32,546 nt of DNA, from the NCBI GenBank assembly GCA_031388885.1, contig JANMSC010000237.1:1-32546 (forward strand), read 5' to 3'. Source of the stretch: Gemmatimonadales bacterium. GTDB lineage: Bacteria > Gemmatimonadota > Gemmatimonadetes > Gemmatimonadales > GWC2-71-9. Below, one piece after another: positions 8,611 through 17,252 of the stretch. The position numbers were made by a program, and so were the translations under genes. Numbering within the stretch: position 1 is the first letter of the stretch; every line of letters begins with the position of its first letter. The notes beneath the pieces were generated by a model. It saw only the letters and a program-made list of their open reading frames with translations. It did no database searches and had not been told where the DNA came from.

Positions 8611-9399
8611 ATGATCTCGCTGGTCTCCAGGGTACAGCACCAGATCGGGCGGTTCGTCCTCGACGCACTTGCGGCTGTCGGGCGATTCGCGAACCTCCTG
8701 GCCGAGTTGGCGCGGGGGCTGGTTGAGGTGCGCACCTGGGTACCGCGAGCGATCGACGAAGCCGCAAACATCGGGCTCGGGTCGCTTCCGATCGTCCTGT
8801 TGATCGCGTCATTAGCAGGCGCCGTCACCGCCCTCCAGGCTGGCTACCAGTTCTCCGGCAACATTCCGATCTACGTGGTCGGTTCGCTCGTCACCGAATC
8901 GATCGTCCTCGAACTCGGGCCGGTGCTCGTTGGGCTGGTCCTCGCCGGACGCATCGGCGCGCGCTACGCCGCCGAGCTCGGTACGATGCGGGTGACCGAG
9001 CAGATCGACGCGCTCGAATCGCTCGGTCGGTCGCCCGCAAGCCACCTGTTGCTGCCGCGGGTCATCGCGTGCCTGGTGATCATCCCGATCCTGGTGATCT
9101 TCGCTGACGTGGTCGCTGTGGTGTCAGGATGGTTTGCGGCCAAGCAGGCGCTGCCGATCACCGACCAGGACTTCGCCTATGGTGCGCGGACCTTCTGGCG
9201 ACCGTTCGACGCATGGTACTCGCTCATCAAGGCGTTCTTCTTCGCCGCCGCCATCGCACTGATTTCGTGCTATTGGGGATTCACCACCCAGCAGGGCGCC
9301 GAAGGCGTGGGCAGGTCTACGACCGGGGCGGTCGTGACAAGCTCAGTGGTTATCCTGCTCCTCGATCTCGTCCTCGCCCAACTCCTGTTGAACCATTGA
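8611..9399 (+). CDS. mlaE: MCE/Mla ABC transporter permease
   Basis: ELGPVL...LAGRIGA..AAELGTMRVTEQIDALE and GAEGVGRSTT.AVV. Confidence 0.93.
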   Translation: MISLVSRVQHQIGRFVLDALAAVGRFANLLAELARGLVEVRTWVPRAIDEAANIGLGSLPIVLLIASLAGAVTALQAGYQFSGNIPIYVVGSLVTESIVLELGPVLVGLVLAGRIGARYAAELGTMRVTEQIDALESLGRSPASHLLLPRVIACLVIIPILVIFADVVAVVSGWFAAKQALPITDQDFAYGARTFWRPFDAWYSLIKAFFFAAAIALISCYWGFTTQQGAEGVGRSTTGAVVTSSVVILLLDLVLAQLLLNH

Positions 9400-10142
9400 T
9401 CGAGATCCGCGACGTTGCGAAGCGCTTCGGCGCGCAGGTCGTCCTCGACGGCGTGAGCCTCACCGTCAACGAGGGCGAAACGGTGGCACTCCTCGGGCCA
9501 TCGGGCACCGGCAAGAGTGTCCTGCTCAAGCACATTATCGGCCTGATCCGTCCCGATCGCGGCGAAGTGATCGTCGATGGTCAGCACGTGGAGGCGCTCA
9601 ACCGCAAGGAGCTGTCGAAGCTTCGGTCCACGATCGGCTATGTCTTCCAGAACGGTGCCCTTTTCGACTCGATGGACGTGTTCGAGAATATTCGACTTGG
9701 GCTGACCGACCCCGACCAGTTCTCCGACAAGTCGTACGTCAAGATGCGCGTGGCCGAGTGTCTTCATGTGGTCAACCTGCCGGTCGACACGGGGACGAAG
9801 ATGCCGGCAGAACTCTCGGGCGGAATGCGCAAGCGCGTCGGAATTTCCCGCGCGATCGCGGGGAAGCCGAAGTACGTACTGTACGATGAGCCCACGTCGG
9901 GCCTCGACCCGGTGAATGCCGACATCATCGACGCGCTGGTGCGTCGCCTGAACAACGACCTGGGTGTGACCGGGATCATGGTGACCCACGACGTGCGCGG
10001 CGCCTTTCGCACGGCTGATCGGATCGCCCTGTTGACTGGGGGCAAAGTGATTGCAGTCGGGAAGCCCGACGAGTTCCGTGAATCGACCAATCCAACCGTG
10101 CGCGAGTTCCTCGAGCGCGATTTCGAGCTCGAGCCCATATGA
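9396..10142 (+). CDS. mlaF: MCE/Mla ABC transporter ATPase
   Basis: GPSGTGKS, FQNGALFDS, LSGGMRKRV, YDEPTSGLDP and VTHD; TTG start overlaps the mlaE stop. Confidence 0.93.
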   Translation: MIEIRDVAKRFGAQVVLDGVSLTVNEGETVALLGPSGTGKSVLLKHIIGLIRPDRGEVIVDGQHVEALNRKELSKLRSTIGYVFQNGALFDSMDVFENIRLGLTDPDQFSDKSYVKMRVAECLHVVNLPVDTGTKMPAELSGGMRKRVGISRAIAGKPKYVLYDEPTSGLDPVNADIIDALVRRLNNDLGVTGIMVTHDVRGAFRTADRIALLTGGKVIAVGKPDEFRESTNPTVREFLERDFELEPI

Positions 10143-10155
10143 CAGGAAGCGACTG

Positions 10156-11037
10156 ATGCACTCCTATCACAAGGAAGCCACCGTCGGTGGCTTCGTCATC
10201 CTCGGCGTCGCCGCATTCTTCTTCGGATCGATGTGGCTGCGTGGCAAGACCCTCGGCACCCCCGACCAGGTGCTGGTCAGGTTCGCGAATGTTGGCAACC
10301 TCAAGGTCGGTGGTCCGGTGCGTGTGTCGGGAGCGGCGATCGGAAAGGTCGAGCAGATTGCTCTGCTGGGAGTCGGCCAGGTCGTGGTGGGCTTCACGTA
10401 CGACAAGGACCTGGTGACCCCGACCCAGAATGGCAAGGCGGTCATCGTCGGCATCGGCATGCTCGGCGACATGGCGATTGACTTCGAGCCGGGGACCGGT
10501 GCGCCGCTCACCGAGGCTGACACGCTGGTCGGGACCATGACGCCGGGGTTCGCCGACATCGGTGCCGACCTGGCGGGCGAGGCGCAGGCGGTGATGCAAT
10601 CGCTCAACCGGATGCTCGATACCGGTCTCGTCGTGGATCTGCGGCGCACCCTCACGAGCACCGACCGGATGATGACCTACTTCGCCGATCCGCGTCGCGG
10701 GCCGACGGCGGAGGTGTCGGCGACGATGCGGTCGCTGCAGGTCGTCAGTGCGCGGCTCGACTCGACCCTCCGCGCGATCGATGCCGCACGACTCTCGTCG
10801 CGAGTTGACTCGACCATGCGAGCAGCTGGCGACATGTCGGCTCGCATTGCGGCTACAAGCGCACGCATGGACTCGTTGCTCGCCAAGATCGCGAGGGGTG
10901 ATGGTACCCTGGGCAAGCTGGCGAACGACGAGGCGCTCTACGACGAGATTCGCAAGACGATGGCTGCGACCGCCGCGTTGATCGACGAGATGAAGAAGGA
11001 CCCCGGCAAGATCGGCATCACCATAAAGATGTTCTAA
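10156..11037 (+). CDS. mlaD: MCE-domain (MlaD-family) protein with long helical extension
   Basis: N-terminal TM segment, [27 protein letters not shown] and GTLGKL.ND..LY. Confidence 0.88.
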   Translation: MHSYHKEATVGGFVILGVAAFFFGSMWLRGKTLGTPDQVLVRFANVGNLKVGGPVRVSGAAIGKVEQIALLGVGQVVVGFTYDKDLVTPTQNGKAVIVGIGMLGDMAIDFEPGTGAPLTEADTLVGTMTPGFADIGADLAGEAQAVMQSLNRMLDTGLVVDLRRTLTSTDRMMTYFADPRRGPTAEVSATMRSLQVVSARLDSTLRAIDAARLSSRVDSTMRAAGDMSARIAATSARMDSLLAKIARGDGTLGKLANDEALYDEIRKTMAATAALIDEMKKDPGKIGITIKMF

Positions 11038-11058
11038 CCCCGCCGAAGGCGGGGTCTT
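11037..11058 (+). terminator. GC hairpin after mlaD (weak terminator or stabilising stem)
   Basis: ACCCCGCC-GAA-GGCGGGGT followed only by CTT. Confidence 0.45.
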
Positions 11059-11089
11059 CCCAACTTGCGACTATCGACGGCGGCAACGC

Positions 11090-11647
11090 GTGACCGAAAT
11101 CCAGCGACACGTCCGAGGGCTCATCACCGAGCTCGGCGAAGACCCAGACCGCGAGGGTCTGGCCCGGACACCCGAGCGGGTCGAGAAGGCCATGCGCTTC
11201 TTCACCCAGGGCTATGCCCAAAGCGCCGAGGACGTGATCGGAGCGGCGCTGTTCGAGGAAACGCACCACAACATGGTGATGGTGCGCGACATCGAGTTCT
11301 ACTCGCTGTGCGAGCACCACATGCTGCCGTTCTTCGGGATGGCCCACGTGGCATACATCCCTGATGGGCGTATCGTCGGCTTGTCGAAAATGGCACGGGT
11401 CGTGGATGTGTTTGCTCGACGACTCCAGGTGCAGGAACGGATGACCGACCAGATCGCCACTGCGCTCGAGACGGCACTTCGCCCGCGAGGCGTTGGCGTA
11501 GTGCTCGAGGCCGCACACTTCTGCATGCAGATGCGTGGCGTCCAGAAGCAGGACTCCAAGACGATCACGTCGGCGTTGCGCGGCGCGTTTCTCGACGACC
11601 CGCGCACCCGCGAAGAGTTTCTCCGGCTGGTGCACGGATCGCGATGA
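11090..11647 (+). CDS. folE: GTP cyclohydrolase I
   Basis: [35 protein letters not shown] and HFCMQMRGV. Confidence 0.97.
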   Translation: MTEIQRHVRGLITELGEDPDREGLARTPERVEKAMRFFTQGYAQSAEDVIGAALFEETHHNMVMVRDIEFYSLCEHHMLPFFGMAHVAYIPDGRIVGLSKMARVVDVFARRLQVQERMTDQIATALETALRPRGVGVVLEAAHFCMQMRGVQKQDSKTITSALRGAFLDDPRTREEFLRLVHGSR

Positions 11648-12567
11648 TCCAGGTCACGCTCCTCGGGACCAGTGCCGCCGTGCCGACGGTCGAGCGTAAC
11701 GTGTCGGCCCTGATGCTGAACCGCGAAGGAGAGCACTTCCTCTTCGATTGCGGTGAGGGCACGCAGCGGCAGATGATGCGCTATGGTGCGGGCTTCACCG
11801 TCGACCATGTTTTCATCACGCACTACCACGCTGACCATACCCTGGGCCTCGCCGGTCTGTTGCGCACACTCGGGTTGCAAGGTCGTACGGCACCGCTCAC
11901 CCTGTACGGACCGCGTGGCGCATCGAAGCACCTTGGAGCGCTGGTCGAGCTGGGGATGGAACGCCCCAAGTTTCCAGTCGACATCATCGAAGTGACGGCC
12001 GGTGATGTACTCAACCGGGGCGAGTATGAGATCGTGGTCGGCGAGGCCGCGCACAAGGGAGAGTGTGTGGCGTACGCGCTGGCTGAACATGACCGACTCG
12101 GTCGGTTTGACCCCGAACTCGCCCGCACCCTCGGCGTCCCGGAAGGACCGATGTGGGGACGAATTCACCGCGGCGAACCGGTCACCGTCGCCGACGGTCG
12201 AGTGGTCGCACCCGCCGAACTCGTCGGCCCTGCGCGCCCGGGACGGCGAGTGGTGTACAGCGGTGACACCGCGCCGAGCGCGTCGATGCGTACGCTTGCG
12301 CTGGGCGCCGACCTGTTGATTCACGAGGCCACGTTCGGTCAGGACGAACGGCAGCGCGCCCGCGAGACCCGCCACAGCACAGCGCTGGACGCGGCGACGC
12401 TCGCCCGGGATGCCGGCGTGCGCCGGCTCGTGTTGACTCACATCTCGGCGCGGTACTCGCGGGAGGCGCCGGAACTGCTGGCGGAAGCACGGGCGGTTTT
12501 TCCGGAGACACAGGTGGGGCGCGACGGGATGGTGATCGACGTGGGGTTTCGGGACGTGGAGCCGTAG
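11644..12567 (+). CDS. rnz: Ribonuclease Z
   Basis: LGT...P...[25 protein letters not shown] exosite arm, SGDT, HEATF, HST and LTHISARY. Confidence 0.95.
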   Translation: MIQVTLLGTSAAVPTVERNVSALMLNREGEHFLFDCGEGTQRQMMRYGAGFTVDHVFITHYHADHTLGLAGLLRTLGLQGRTAPLTLYGPRGASKHLGALVELGMERPKFPVDIIEVTAGDVLNRGEYEIVVGEAAHKGECVAYALAEHDRLGRFDPELARTLGVPEGPMWGRIHRGEPVTVADGRVVAPAELVGPARPGRRVVYSGDTAPSASMRTLALGADLLIHEATFGQDERQRARETRHSTALDAATLARDAGVRRLVLTHISARYSREAPELLAEARAVFPETQVGRDGMVIDVGFRDVEP

Positions 12568-12594
12568 GGGCGACACACTTTTCGCCCCGGCGGG

Positions 12595-12624
12595 TTGCCG
12601 CCGAACCCCGTCCCGGCCTATGTT
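12595..12624 (+). promoter_or_regulatory. Sigma-70-like promoter of tRNA-Ala
   Basis: TTGCCG-N18-TATGTT, ending 13 nt before the tRNA. Confidence 0.5.
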
Positions 12625-12637
12625 TGGCCCCCTTCCC

Positions 12638-12710
12638 GGGGCTGTAGCTCAGCTGGGAGAGCGCACCGTTCGCATCGGTGAGGTCAGGGGTTCGATCCCC
12701 CTCAGCTCCA
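12638..12710 (+). tRNA. tRNA-Ala(CGC), CCA not encoded
   Basis: GGGGCTG/CAGCTCC acceptor stem with G3:U70; anticodon arm CACCG-TTCGCAT-CGGTG; GTTCGAT T-loop. Confidence 0.97.
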
Positions 12711-12746
12711 TGCCCGCATCGTTCCGACGGTGCGGGCATTGTTTTT
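12710..12746 (+). terminator. Intrinsic terminator after tRNA-Ala
   Basis: ATGCCCGCATCGT-TCCG-ACGGTGCGGGCAT followed by TGTTTTT. Confidence 0.85.
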
Positions 12747-12762
12747 GCCCCTTCGGTGGGGC

Positions 12763-14298
12763 ATGCGTGCCCGACCGCTCGCCCAACCTGCCTCCAGCCC
12801 GAATGCCGAACCCGCGGGTGCCGTTGCGCCGCGCCGCGCGGAGGTTTTGGCTGCGCCCAAGTCGTCGACCCTGGCCCTCGTCCCGACCGGCGAAGTCGAA
12901 GCGGCGTATGCCGGAATTCGCCTGACCGACGTGGTCGGAGCACTGTCGTACGCGCTCGACATGACCGAGGGACAGCCGATGGGGCATTCGGTCCGCACCA
13001 CGATGATCGGGATGCGGATCGCGGCACTGGTGGGGCTGAGCGAGGAGGATCGGAGTGCGTTGTTCTACGCGCTCCTCTTGAAGGACCTCGGTGGCTCCAG
13101 TAACGCGGCCCAGCTCAGCCGGCTGTACGGTGCCGACGACCGCGCGCTCAAGCAGGCGCATCGCCTGATCGACTGGACCGACCGGGTCGATGTCGCGCGG
13201 TACGCGCTGAAATACTCTCAGCGAGGCAAATCCGGCGTCGCACGTGGCTGGCACGCGCTCAAGGTTGGCGGGCAGGTGAAGGATGCGCGTCGCGAGATGG
13301 TGGTGTTGCGCAGCGACCGTGGCGCGAGCATCGCAAGCATGCTGGCGCTCCCGACCTCGACGTGTGACGCGATTCGCTCGACCGAAGAGCACTGGGATGG
13401 CAACGGCATGGCCGCAGGCCTTCGGGGTGACGCCATTCCGATGCTTTCACGCATCGTGTCGCTGGCCCAGACCGTGGAGGTGTTCGAGCAGGCGTTTGAC
13501 GTGAGCACTGCGTACGACGTCGCACGAACCCGTCGCGGTCGCTGGTTTGACCCGCTCCTGGTCGAAATTCTCGAGACGTTCCGCGATGACAGCGAGTTCT
13601 GGAGTGAACTGCGCGCGGCCGATGCGCTCTCAGCGTTGCGCAAGTACGAGCCGCCATCGCGAATCGTGTACGCCGACGAGCTCCGACTCGACACGGTAGC
13701 CGAAGCCTTTGCGAAGATCATCGACGCGAAGAGCCCCTACACCGCGCGCCATTCACAGAACGTTGCGTTCCTCGCATCGCGGACGGCGACCGAACTCGGA
13801 TTGCCCCGCCGCGACGTGCGTGCCTTGCGTCGCGCTGCGTTGCTGCACGACGTCGGCAAGCTCGGCGTCAGCAGCACGATTCTCGACAAGCCCGCTGCGT
13901 TGAGCCCCGCCGAGACCCTGGCAATGCGCGGTCACACCGCCGGCACCCTCGACATTCTGAAGCGAGTGGCGCGCTTCCAGCGGTTTGCGGAACTCGCGGC
14001 GTCGCACCACGAGCGGCTCGACGGCAGCGGGTATCACCTCGGACTCTACGGCACCCAGCTCAGCATGCCGGTTCGGATCCTCGCCGCGGCGGATGTCTGC
14101 GAAGCGATGTCGGCGGACCGGCCGTATCGTCGCGCCACGCCGCTCGACGGCGTGTTCGGCCGGATGGATGAACTCGTGGCAGCGGGCATGCTCTGCCCGG
14201 TTGCCGTCGAGGCGCTCACCGGATGGTTTCGCGAGCTCCCTGCCGAGTCGATGGACGTACCCGAAGATGGCGACTCGACGTCGCTGCACGGTCGCTGA
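12763..14298 (+). CDS. Tandem pseudo-HD-GYP/HD-GYP cyclic dinucleotide phosphodiesterase, paralog 1 (start uncertain)
   Basis: N-domain degenerate (LLKDLG, EEHWDGNGMAAG). C-domain intact (DAKSPYTARHS, LLHDVGK, HHERLDGSGYH, ADV.EA...RPYR). Confidence 0.88.
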   Translation: MRARPLAQPASSPNAEPAGAVAPRRAEVLAAPKSSTLALVPTGEVEAAYAGIRLTDVVGALSYALDMTEGQPMGHSVRTTMIGMRIAALVGLSEEDRSALFYALLLKDLGGSSNAAQLSRLYGADDRALKQAHRLIDWTDRVDVARYALKYSQRGKSGVARGWHALKVGGQVKDARREMVVLRSDRGASIASMLALPTSTCDAIRSTEEHWDGNGMAAGLRGDAIPMLSRIVSLAQTVEVFEQAFDVSTAYDVARTRRGRWFDPLLVEILETFRDDSEFWSELRAADALSALRKYEPPSRIVYADELRLDTVAEAFAKIIDAKSPYTARHSQNVAFLASRTATELGLPRRDVRALRRAALLHDVGKLGVSSTILDKPAALSPAETLAMRGHTAGTLDILKRVARFQRFAELAASHHERLDGSGYHLGLYGTQLSMPVRILAAADVCEAMSADRPYRRATPLDGVFGRMDELVAAGMLCPVAVEALTGWFRELPAESMDVPEDGDSTSLHGR

Positions 14299-14316
14299 TC
14301 TGATGCGCGCACCCTG

Positions 14317-15951
14317 ATGTCACCCCGACTCTTCACGTTGACTGCCACCGCGCGGCACCTGACTGACCAGGTATCGCGCGTGCTGCCCCTTCAAGTTCCG
14401 GCGCCCGCCGTTCGGCAACACGGTTCGCAAGCCAGCGAACGGGTTGTCGGGCGCGCAGGCGCCATCAATTCAGGTGTGGAGCGTGGATCGCACAGCGGTG
14501 CGACACATGTGACGCACACGCTCGGGAATCACCGAGGTGACGAACGGCCGTTAGCCGTTCGCCGTCAACCATCGGATGTTGGCCAAACCGTTCGCCTTTC
14601 CGAGGTCGTGGGTGCGCTCTCCCACGCGCTCGATATCACCGAAGGCCAGCCGATGGGCCATGCGGTGCGCACGACCATGATCGGGATGCGGATCGGCAGC
14701 ATCCTCGGCCTGGCCGATGGGCAGAAGAGTGCACTCTTCTATGGCCTCCTGCTCAAGGACCTCGGCTGCTCGAGCAACGCGGCGCGGTTGACATCCCTGT
14801 TTGGTGCCGATGATCGCCTGCTCAAGTACGCGCACAAGTTGACCGACTGGAGTGCATCAAACCAGGCAGCGAAGTACGCGTTCAAGTACTCGATTCCGGG
14901 CAAGAGCCGACTCGCCAAGGCGTGGCACACCCTGATGATGGGTGTTCGCGAGAAGGGAAGCGGCCGAGCGATGACGCAGACGCGCTGCGAGCGCGGTGCC
15001 GACATCGCGCAGATGCTCGGCTTGCCAAGGGGTGCGGTTGAGGCGATTCGCGGCCTTGATGAGCACTGGGACGGCAACGGGATGCCGTACGGGCTGCGTG
15101 GCTCGGGGATCCCGATGCTCGGCAGGATCGCGTCGCTGGCGCAAACGGTCGAGGTGTTTGCCAATTCCTTCGACGTCCGCACCGCCTACGAGATGGCGCA
15201 TGCGCGGCGTGGGCGCTGGTTCGATCCGGTGCTGGTCGATTGTCTCGATGCGTTTCAGCTCGATGCCGGCTTCTGGGGCGCACTGCGTCAGGCCGACGCG
15301 TTGCACGCGGTGCGCGACCTCGAGCCGGCGGAACGCGTGGTGCACGCGGACGACGATCAACTCGACGTGGTGGCGCAGGCCTTTGCACGAGTGATCGATG
15401 CCAAGAGCCCGTACACGGCCACGCATTCACAGAACGTCGCGATGATCGCGGTCGATGCCGGCCGGGCCATGGGAATTGAAGGGAACGAACTACGCACGCT
15501 CAATCGGGCGGCGTTGTTGCACGACATCGGCAAGCTTGGCGTGTCGAACACGATTCTCGACAAGCCGGCGGCGCTCGATGCGGTCGAGATGGAAACGATG
15601 CGGCAGCACACCCGTTTCACGCTCGAGATCCTGAAGCGGGTCTCGCGGTTCCGCCAGTTCGCGGCCACGGCGGCGGCGCATCACGAGCGGCTGGACGGGA
15701 CGGGATATCACCTGGGGCTCGAGGGTGAACAACTCGGACCGATGGCGCGAGTGCTTGCGGTGGCCGACGTCACCGAAGCGCTCTCGGCGGACCGACCGTA
15801 TCGGATGGGGATGTCGCGTGATGAAGTGTTTGCGATCCTGAGGCGGCTGGTGGCGCAGGGGCACCTGTGCCCCGTCGCGGAGGAGGCGCTGGAGGCGTCG
15901 TTCGTGGGGTTGCCGGAGGCGGTCGAGCACGAGGTTACCGCGGCGGCGTAA
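14317..15951 (+). CDS. Tandem pseudo-HD-GYP/HD-GYP phosphodiesterase, paralog 2 (true start may be GTG 14476 or 14509)
   Basis: LLKDLGCSSNAAR and DEHWDGNGMPYG in the N-domain; LLHDIGK, HHERLDGTGYH and RPYR in the C-domain; colinear with paralog 1. Confidence 0.88.
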   Translation: MSPRLFTLTATARHLTDQVSRVLPLQVPAPAVRQHGSQASERVVGRAGAINSGVERGSHSGATHVTHTLGNHRGDERPLAVRRQPSDVGQTVRLSEVVGALSHALDITEGQPMGHAVRTTMIGMRIGSILGLADGQKSALFYGLLLKDLGCSSNAARLTSLFGADDRLLKYAHKLTDWSASNQAAKYAFKYSIPGKSRLAKAWHTLMMGVREKGSGRAMTQTRCERGADIAQMLGLPRGAVEAIRGLDEHWDGNGMPYGLRGSGIPMLGRIASLAQTVEVFANSFDVRTAYEMAHARRGRWFDPVLVDCLDAFQLDAGFWGALRQADALHAVRDLEPAERVVHADDDQLDVVAQAFARVIDAKSPYTATHSQNVAMIAVDAGRAMGIEGNELRTLNRAALLHDIGKLGVSNTILDKPAALDAVEMETMRQHTRFTLEILKRVSRFRQFAATAAAHHERLDGTGYHLGLEGEQLGPMARVLAVADVTEALSADRPYRMGMSRDEVFAILRRLVAQGHLCPVAEEALEASFVGLPEAVEHEVTAAA

Positions 15952-15964
15952 CGGGATGGCTGAA

Positions 15965-15993
15965 TTGCGCCGGGGTACGGCTCTGGCTAATTT
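15965..15993 (+). promoter_or_regulatory. Sigma-70-like promoter of tRNA-Gln
   Basis: TTGCGC-N17-TAATTT. Confidence 0.6.
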
Positions 15994-16024
15994 CGCCGTC
16001 CGGCTCAGAGGTCGGAACGAGCGC

Positions 16025-16097
16025 TGCCCCTTGGTGTAACTGGCAACACGCCTCACTCTGGATGAGGAGAGTCTAGGTTCGAGCCCTAGAGGGGCAA
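16025..16097 (+). tRNA. tRNA-Gln(CTG), CCA not encoded
   Basis: TGCCCCT/AGGGGCA acceptor stem (U1-A72); anticodon arm CCTCA-CTCTGGA-TGAGG; T arm CTAGG-TTCGAGC-CCTAG. Confidence 0.95.
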
Positions 16098-16114
16098 TTT
16101 GATCTGGATCTGAG

Positions 16115-16152
16115 ACCGCGTTCCGGCTGCGGCCGGGGCGCGGTTGTTGTTT
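16115..16152 (+). terminator. Intrinsic terminator after tRNA-Gln
   Basis: ACCGCGTTCCGGC-TGCG-GCCGGGGCGCGGT followed by TGTTGTTT. Confidence 0.75.
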
Positions 16153-16236
16153 GCGGCCCTGGCGCGCCCGTGCCGCCTTCAAGGCAGCCACCACCTCATC
16201 GGCGACATCATGATGTGCGGCACAAACGGGCGAGGC

Positions 16237-16780
16237 ATGCGTCTCCGCCTGTTCGCGCTTGCCCTCCTGATCCCTGCCGTCTCAGCTCAGGCCCAGTCGC
16301 TGGTGACTGCCGAGCGGGGCGGAGTGATCCTGCTGATCGACGCGATCACTGGCGAAGAGAAGGCGGAGACCTCGCCGGCGGCGCTGAACCGGTGGTGGTC
16401 AAGGTCGGCACCCAGACCGAGGCGATCGCAGCGTCGCCCGACGGGCGTACGGTCTGGCTTGGCAGCAACACCACTGGCCGGGTGTTCGTGGTCGACCTTG
16501 CCGCTCACCGGGTCATCGATTCGGTTCAGACCAGCGGCTTCCCCTACCGGATCGGGTTCACACCCGACGGGAAGACCGCGATTGTCACGAACCCCCGGAG
16601 CGACGAAGTCTGGCTGATCGACGCCGTGACCCGGGCCAGGAAGGTTCGGGTCGTCGCGACCGCTCCTGGGTGACGATGGCCGGGGTGGGCCAGGTGGCTG
16701 AGCTCAATCTCGTCACGGCCAAGTTCACCCGGTGGATGGTCACCGGGGCGGGGCCGGACGGGATCGGATATGCCCGCTGA
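16237..16780 (+). pseudogene. Fragmented secreted YVTN/YncE-type beta-propeller gene
   Basis: Three frames: signal peptide MRLRLFALALLIPAVSAQAQ; then blades (SPDGRTVW, FTPDGKTAIVTN) ending at TGA 16673; then WVTMAG...GAGPDGIGYAR* ending at 16780. Confidence 0.75.
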
Positions 16781-16848
16781 ACTTGCCCCGTGCGGAAATC
16801 GCTCGATCGTGCGAGTTTTGGCCCCTCACCCTCGGGCGGAGCCCCACC

Positions 16849-17115
16849 ATGGCAAGTCACGACGACGACTTTGACGATGAAATCGTCGACGACGGATTCG
16901 AAAGCGACGATGAAGAAGGCGGTAGCGACGACCTCGACACGGAGGCCGACGTGGTATGTCCGTGGTGCGGCGAGTCCGTCAATATCACGCTCGACGCCGG
17001 CGGTGGTGGCGAACAGGAATACGTCGAGGATTGCGAAGTCTGCTGCCGACCGTGGCGCGTGCGGGTGCACTACGATGACGAAGGGCACGCCGACGTGTCG
17101 CTCGATCAAGGATGA
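16849..17115 (+). CDS. CPXCG-motif cysteine-rich protein with acidic N-terminus
   Basis: CPWCGE ... QEYVEDCEVCCRPW. Confidence 0.88.
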   Translation: MASHDDDFDDEIVDDGFESDDEEGGSDDLDTEADVVCPWCGESVNITLDAGGGGEQEYVEDCEVCCRPWRVRVHYDDEGHADVSLDQG

Positions 17116-17128
17116 TTGTAGATCAATG

Positions 17129-17150
17129 GGGCAAAGCGTACGCTTTGCCC
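17129..17150. repeat. Perfect 22-bp palindrome
   Basis: GGGCAAAGCGT|ACGCTTTGCCC. Confidence 0.9.
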
Positions 17151-17179
17151 TTACGATCACCCGCGGATGCAGATCGGAT

Positions 17180-17220
17180 AAAACGAAACGGCCAGCCCAC
17201 CCGAAGGTGAACCGGCCGTT
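17180..17220 (-). terminator. Intrinsic terminator of the cold-shock gene
   Basis: Minus strand AACGGCCGGTTCACC-TTCG-GGTGGGCTGGCCGTT followed by TCGTTTT; cUUCGg tetraloop. Confidence 0.88.
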
Positions 17221-17252
17221 CGTGTGTCGTGGCTAAGCCACGACGCTAGGCC

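Noticed and set aside
11299-12576. Long antisense or alternative-frame ORFs (e.g. 11299-12576, 353-1525, 7282-8307, 21664-22686, 31717-32511)
   Set aside because: They are Arg/Pro-rich, motif-free shadows of real genes, as expected in high-GC DNA.
12730-12762. ORF-track start at 12730 for HD-GYP paralog 1
   Set aside because: It lies inside the tRNA-Ala terminator stem.
14299-14510. Cyclic dinucleotide riboswitch or sigma-28 promoter upstream of HD-GYP paralog 2
   Set aside because: I could not recognise a GEMM-type motif, and TCAAGTT...GCCGTT has the wrong spacing. An Infernal/Rfam scan would settle the riboswitch question.
12638-16097. tRNA-bounded genomic island carrying the HD-GYP pair
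   Set aside because: No integrase, no direct repeat of either tRNA 3' end seen, and no evident compositional shift. Each tRNA has its own promoter and terminator.
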